Assembly: GCA_044892525.1 (NCBI GenBank)
Contig: CM097886.1
Coordinates: forward strand, 114,514,001-114,578,000
DNA length: 64,000 bases
Direction of reading: 5' to 3'
Origin: Schmidtea polychroa
Taxonomy: Eukaryota
Shown here: one piece after another, positions 60,840 to 64,000 of the stretch
Layout of the letters: every line of letters begins with the position of its first letter
Position numbering within the stretch: the first letter of the stretch is position 1
Position numbers and translations under genes: made by a program
The notes under the pieces: model-generated
The model's input: only the letters and a program-made list of their open reading frames with translations
Told to the model about the DNA's origin: nothing
The model's database searches: none

Positions 60840-63800
60840 ATTCAAATCAATGGTAAAGAAACCAATGCTATGATAGACACCGGAGCTAATGTATCAGCAA
60901 TAGCGATTAATCAAATTCCCAGTAAGCACTGGAAGGATATCGAATCAACAACAATCCACATCATAGCATGTAGTAAAGAAACAGTAGATGTGGTCGGAAG
61001 ATGGTGGACTACATTGAGATACCAGGACAACGAAATTGAAACGTATTTGGCAGTAATACCAAAACTTAGCGTACCAGGCATAATCGGAACGGATTTGATG
61101 CCAGAATTATTAAAAGAAGTGGTAATTGACTTAACAACCATGTGCCTAAAAGACAGAACAGGCAGAATATGCAAAATGAATGCCATAATCCGATGTCCAG
61201 AGAAAATTGTAGTACCAGCAAAATCGCAGATGATTTGTCAAATAAAAGTGGATACGGGTATGGAAGGAGAAGTTGTCTTCGAACCAAGTAAATCATTTGA
61301 AAAGCGACGAGAGTTACCCCTCGCCAGAGAAATAATAACAATAAACCCAGAAGGAGTGATACCGATCAACATCACAAATTTTGAAGAGGAAGACAAAATC
61401 ATCTATGAGAATGAAAAATTGGGAAGATTGACCCCAATGATGGACATAGAATTACCGAAAGTGACCAACGAGATGATCAAAGACGATGAATTATGGACAA
61501 TAGATAGTATGTTGTTGACGAATGATGAAAAGAAAAAATTGCACCGATTATTAGTAGAATATAAGGATATATTCGCCATCTCGGACCTAGATTTGGGTAC
61601 ATGTGATGTTACCCTGCATGCGATACCATTAATAGATGAAACTCCAATTGCGTTAAGACCATATAAACTAGCGGAAATGCAAAAAGGAATAGCTGAAGCA
61701 GAAGTACAAAAGATGTTAGACGCAAAAGTGATCGAACCAAGTTGCTCACCTTGGCAATTCCCAGTGGTCATGGTGAAAAAGAAAGATGGCACCCAACGAT
61801 TCTGTATCGATTATCGAAAGTTGAACGCAGTAACCAAGAGAGATACCTACCCATTGCCAATGAAATGTTACTCATGTTGCAAGGGGCAGCATATTTTACT
61901 TCTTTAGATTTAAAAAGTGGATACTGGCAAATTAAAGTCAAAGATGAGGACAAAGAGAAAACGGCTTTCACGTTGGGACGAGATCTATATCAGTTCAGAA
62001 AAATGCCATTCGGACTGACCAACGCACCAGCATCGTTTCAAAGGTGTATGAACTTTGTCACTCATGGAATCAAACAATGTATGGTATATATTGATGATTT
62101 GTTAATCTATTCAGCGACATTTGAACAACATCTGGAGGATATCCGAAATGTATTTATTCGATTACGACAATGGAAACTCAAGCTCAAACCGTCAAAATGC
62201 GACTGGTCAAAGGAAAAGGTCACGTTTTTGGGACACATAGTGTCAGCTAAAGGAAAGGAGCCAGATCCAAGAAACATTGAGAAAATAAAAACATGTCCAG
62301 CACCGAAAACTGTCACCCAAGTTCAGGAATTTCTAGGATTATGCGGATACTATCGCAAATTTATCAAAAATTATGCAGGAATTGCAAAACCAATCCAGGA
62401 ATTAGTAAAGAAAGACATTTCGTTCATTTGGGGGAAGGAACAACAAGAGGCGTTTGAAACGCTGAGAGACAAACTAATCGAAGCACCTATCCTCGTACAC
62501 CCAGATTTCAAGAAACCATTTCTATTAGCAACGGATGCAAGCGGGTACGCGGCAGGCGCGATTCTGGGACAATTAGACGACGAAGGTAAAGAAAGAGTAA
62601 TTGGATATTACAGTCGAACATTCAAAAAGCACGAGAAGAACTATTCGGTAACAGAACGAGAAGCATTGGCTATAATACAAGCAATCAAACATTTTCGATA
62701 TTTGTTATGGGGACATGAGATATGTATAACCACAGATCATCAACCATTAGTGTGGCTAGGGCAACATAAAGAAGCGTCCAGTAGACTAATGAGATGGGCA
62801 ATGCAGCTACAAGAGTATTCACCGTTCATAAAATTCAAAGCGGGAAGAGCGAATGCAAACGCCGACTGTATGTCAAGGTTTATTTTTCCAGATTTGGTAG
62901 ATCCAGAAATGCAACGTATATGCCTGATGGTAGCAGAAGACCTAGATTTCTGCCAATTACGAAAAGACCAACAAGAAGACGCAGAACTGAAACAAATTAT
63001 CGATTATGTAAAAACAGGAAAGACGGAGGTATATGCGAAAGACCAAAAATTAAAAGAACATATGGATAAACACCGACACCGATATATCATAGAGAAAGAT
63101 TGGTTGCTGATAATGGATGGGGAAAAACGATTAATGTGTATACCGGAAAACCGACGGAAAGAGTTACTAACGCAATACCACGATGGGAGATTGGGAGGAC
63201 ATATGTCATCAAAAAAGACGTTAGCAAGAATGAAACAAAAATATTTCTGGCCTACCCTAACGGAAGACGTAACCGAATGGGTGAAAAACTGCATAACCTG
63301 TGCAACAAGGAAAAACACTGGATCGAAATGGAAAGCACCTTTGACGCCAATGCCGGTACCAATAGAGCCGATGACAATGATATCAATGGATGTAGTTGGT
63401 CCATTGCCAGAATCGGATAAAGGAAACGTTTATATTTTAGTGATTACAGACTTTCTCACAAAATTTCCAGAAGCATTCGCGATGCCAGACCAAAAAGCTA
63501 AAACAATCGCAAAAATCTTGGTCGAAGAGATATGTTGCCGTTACGGGACACCGAAGCAAATCTTGACTGATCAAGGAACTAATTTTATGAGTGAAATAAT
63601 GAGTGAGGTAACCAATTACTTCAAAATCGCAAAATTGAGAACATCACCGTATCATCCTCAAACCAATGGGATGACGGAAAGATTTAATGGAACACTTATA
63701 CAAATGTTATCAAACTACGTCGACCGTCACCAACGAGATTGGGACGAATATATAAACCTATGTCTTATGGCGTACAGAATGTCGATTCACGCATCAACGA

Positions 63801-64000
63801 AAATGAGCCCATTCAAATTAATGTACGGAAGAGAATGTAACATGCCAATGGACCTGGAATACCAACCACCGATATCGCAATACATGGAGATAGATGATTA
63901 TGTTACGAAATTCAAGGAAAGAATGCAGGAGATTTGGGAAACTGCGGGATTAAACATCAAGTTCTACCAGGAAAGTTATAAAGATTTACACGATCGAAAG
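60840..64000 (+). CDS. pol: Pol: aspartic protease, RT, RNase H, integrase (one frameshift at ~61860; then open to the window end)
   Basis: MIDTGA (D at 60876); [14 protein letters not shown] and YIDD (62087-62098); TDAS (62534); HHCC (63179-63301); integrase D63389, D63569 and E63677 with D-35-E spacing. Gypsy domain order. Confidence 0.97.

Larger units (their letters stand above)
47970..64000 (+). mobile_element. Giant Ty3/Gypsy LTR retroelement, copy 2 (runs off the window)
   Basis: LTR, PBS, RING, gag, env and PR-RT-RH-INT are present and collinear with copy 1 in opposite orientation. Confidence 0.95.

Overview
AT-rich eukaryotic DNA with two assembly gaps and 46-56 nt GT-AG introns. 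The TRAF and NeSL-clade content suggests a triclad flatworm (inference). The window is dominated by two divergent, head-to-head copies of a giant, env-bearing Ty3/Gypsy retroelement. Copy 1 (minus strand, 3839-38519) has ~4 kb LTRs, a 4-bp CCAA target-site duplication and a tRNA-Pro PBS. It lacks pol and is interrupted by three NeSL/RLE-type non-LTR insertions. Copy 2 (plus strand, 47970 to window end) carries env and PR-RT-RH-INT. Combining the two defective copies gives this layout: [LTR containing a spliced-looking ~250-aa gene] - PBS - IAP/MDM2-type RING gene - one long polyprotein (Gag, 3x CCHC, three ubiquitin-like domains, a Bcl-2-like domain, a class III-type Env, then PR-RT-RH-INT) - 3' accessory cluster (TM protein, coiled coils, intronless full-length TRAF) - LTR. 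Most accessory ORFs have a splice acceptor just before the ATG. The element looks like a complex endogenous retrovirus carrying apoptosis, ubiquitin and TNF-pathway cargo. Host sequence includes an NlpC/P60-like gene, an intact 4-exon TRAF gene, and hAT, Tc1-like and older Gypsy remnants. All domain calls were made by eye from motifs; no database search was run.
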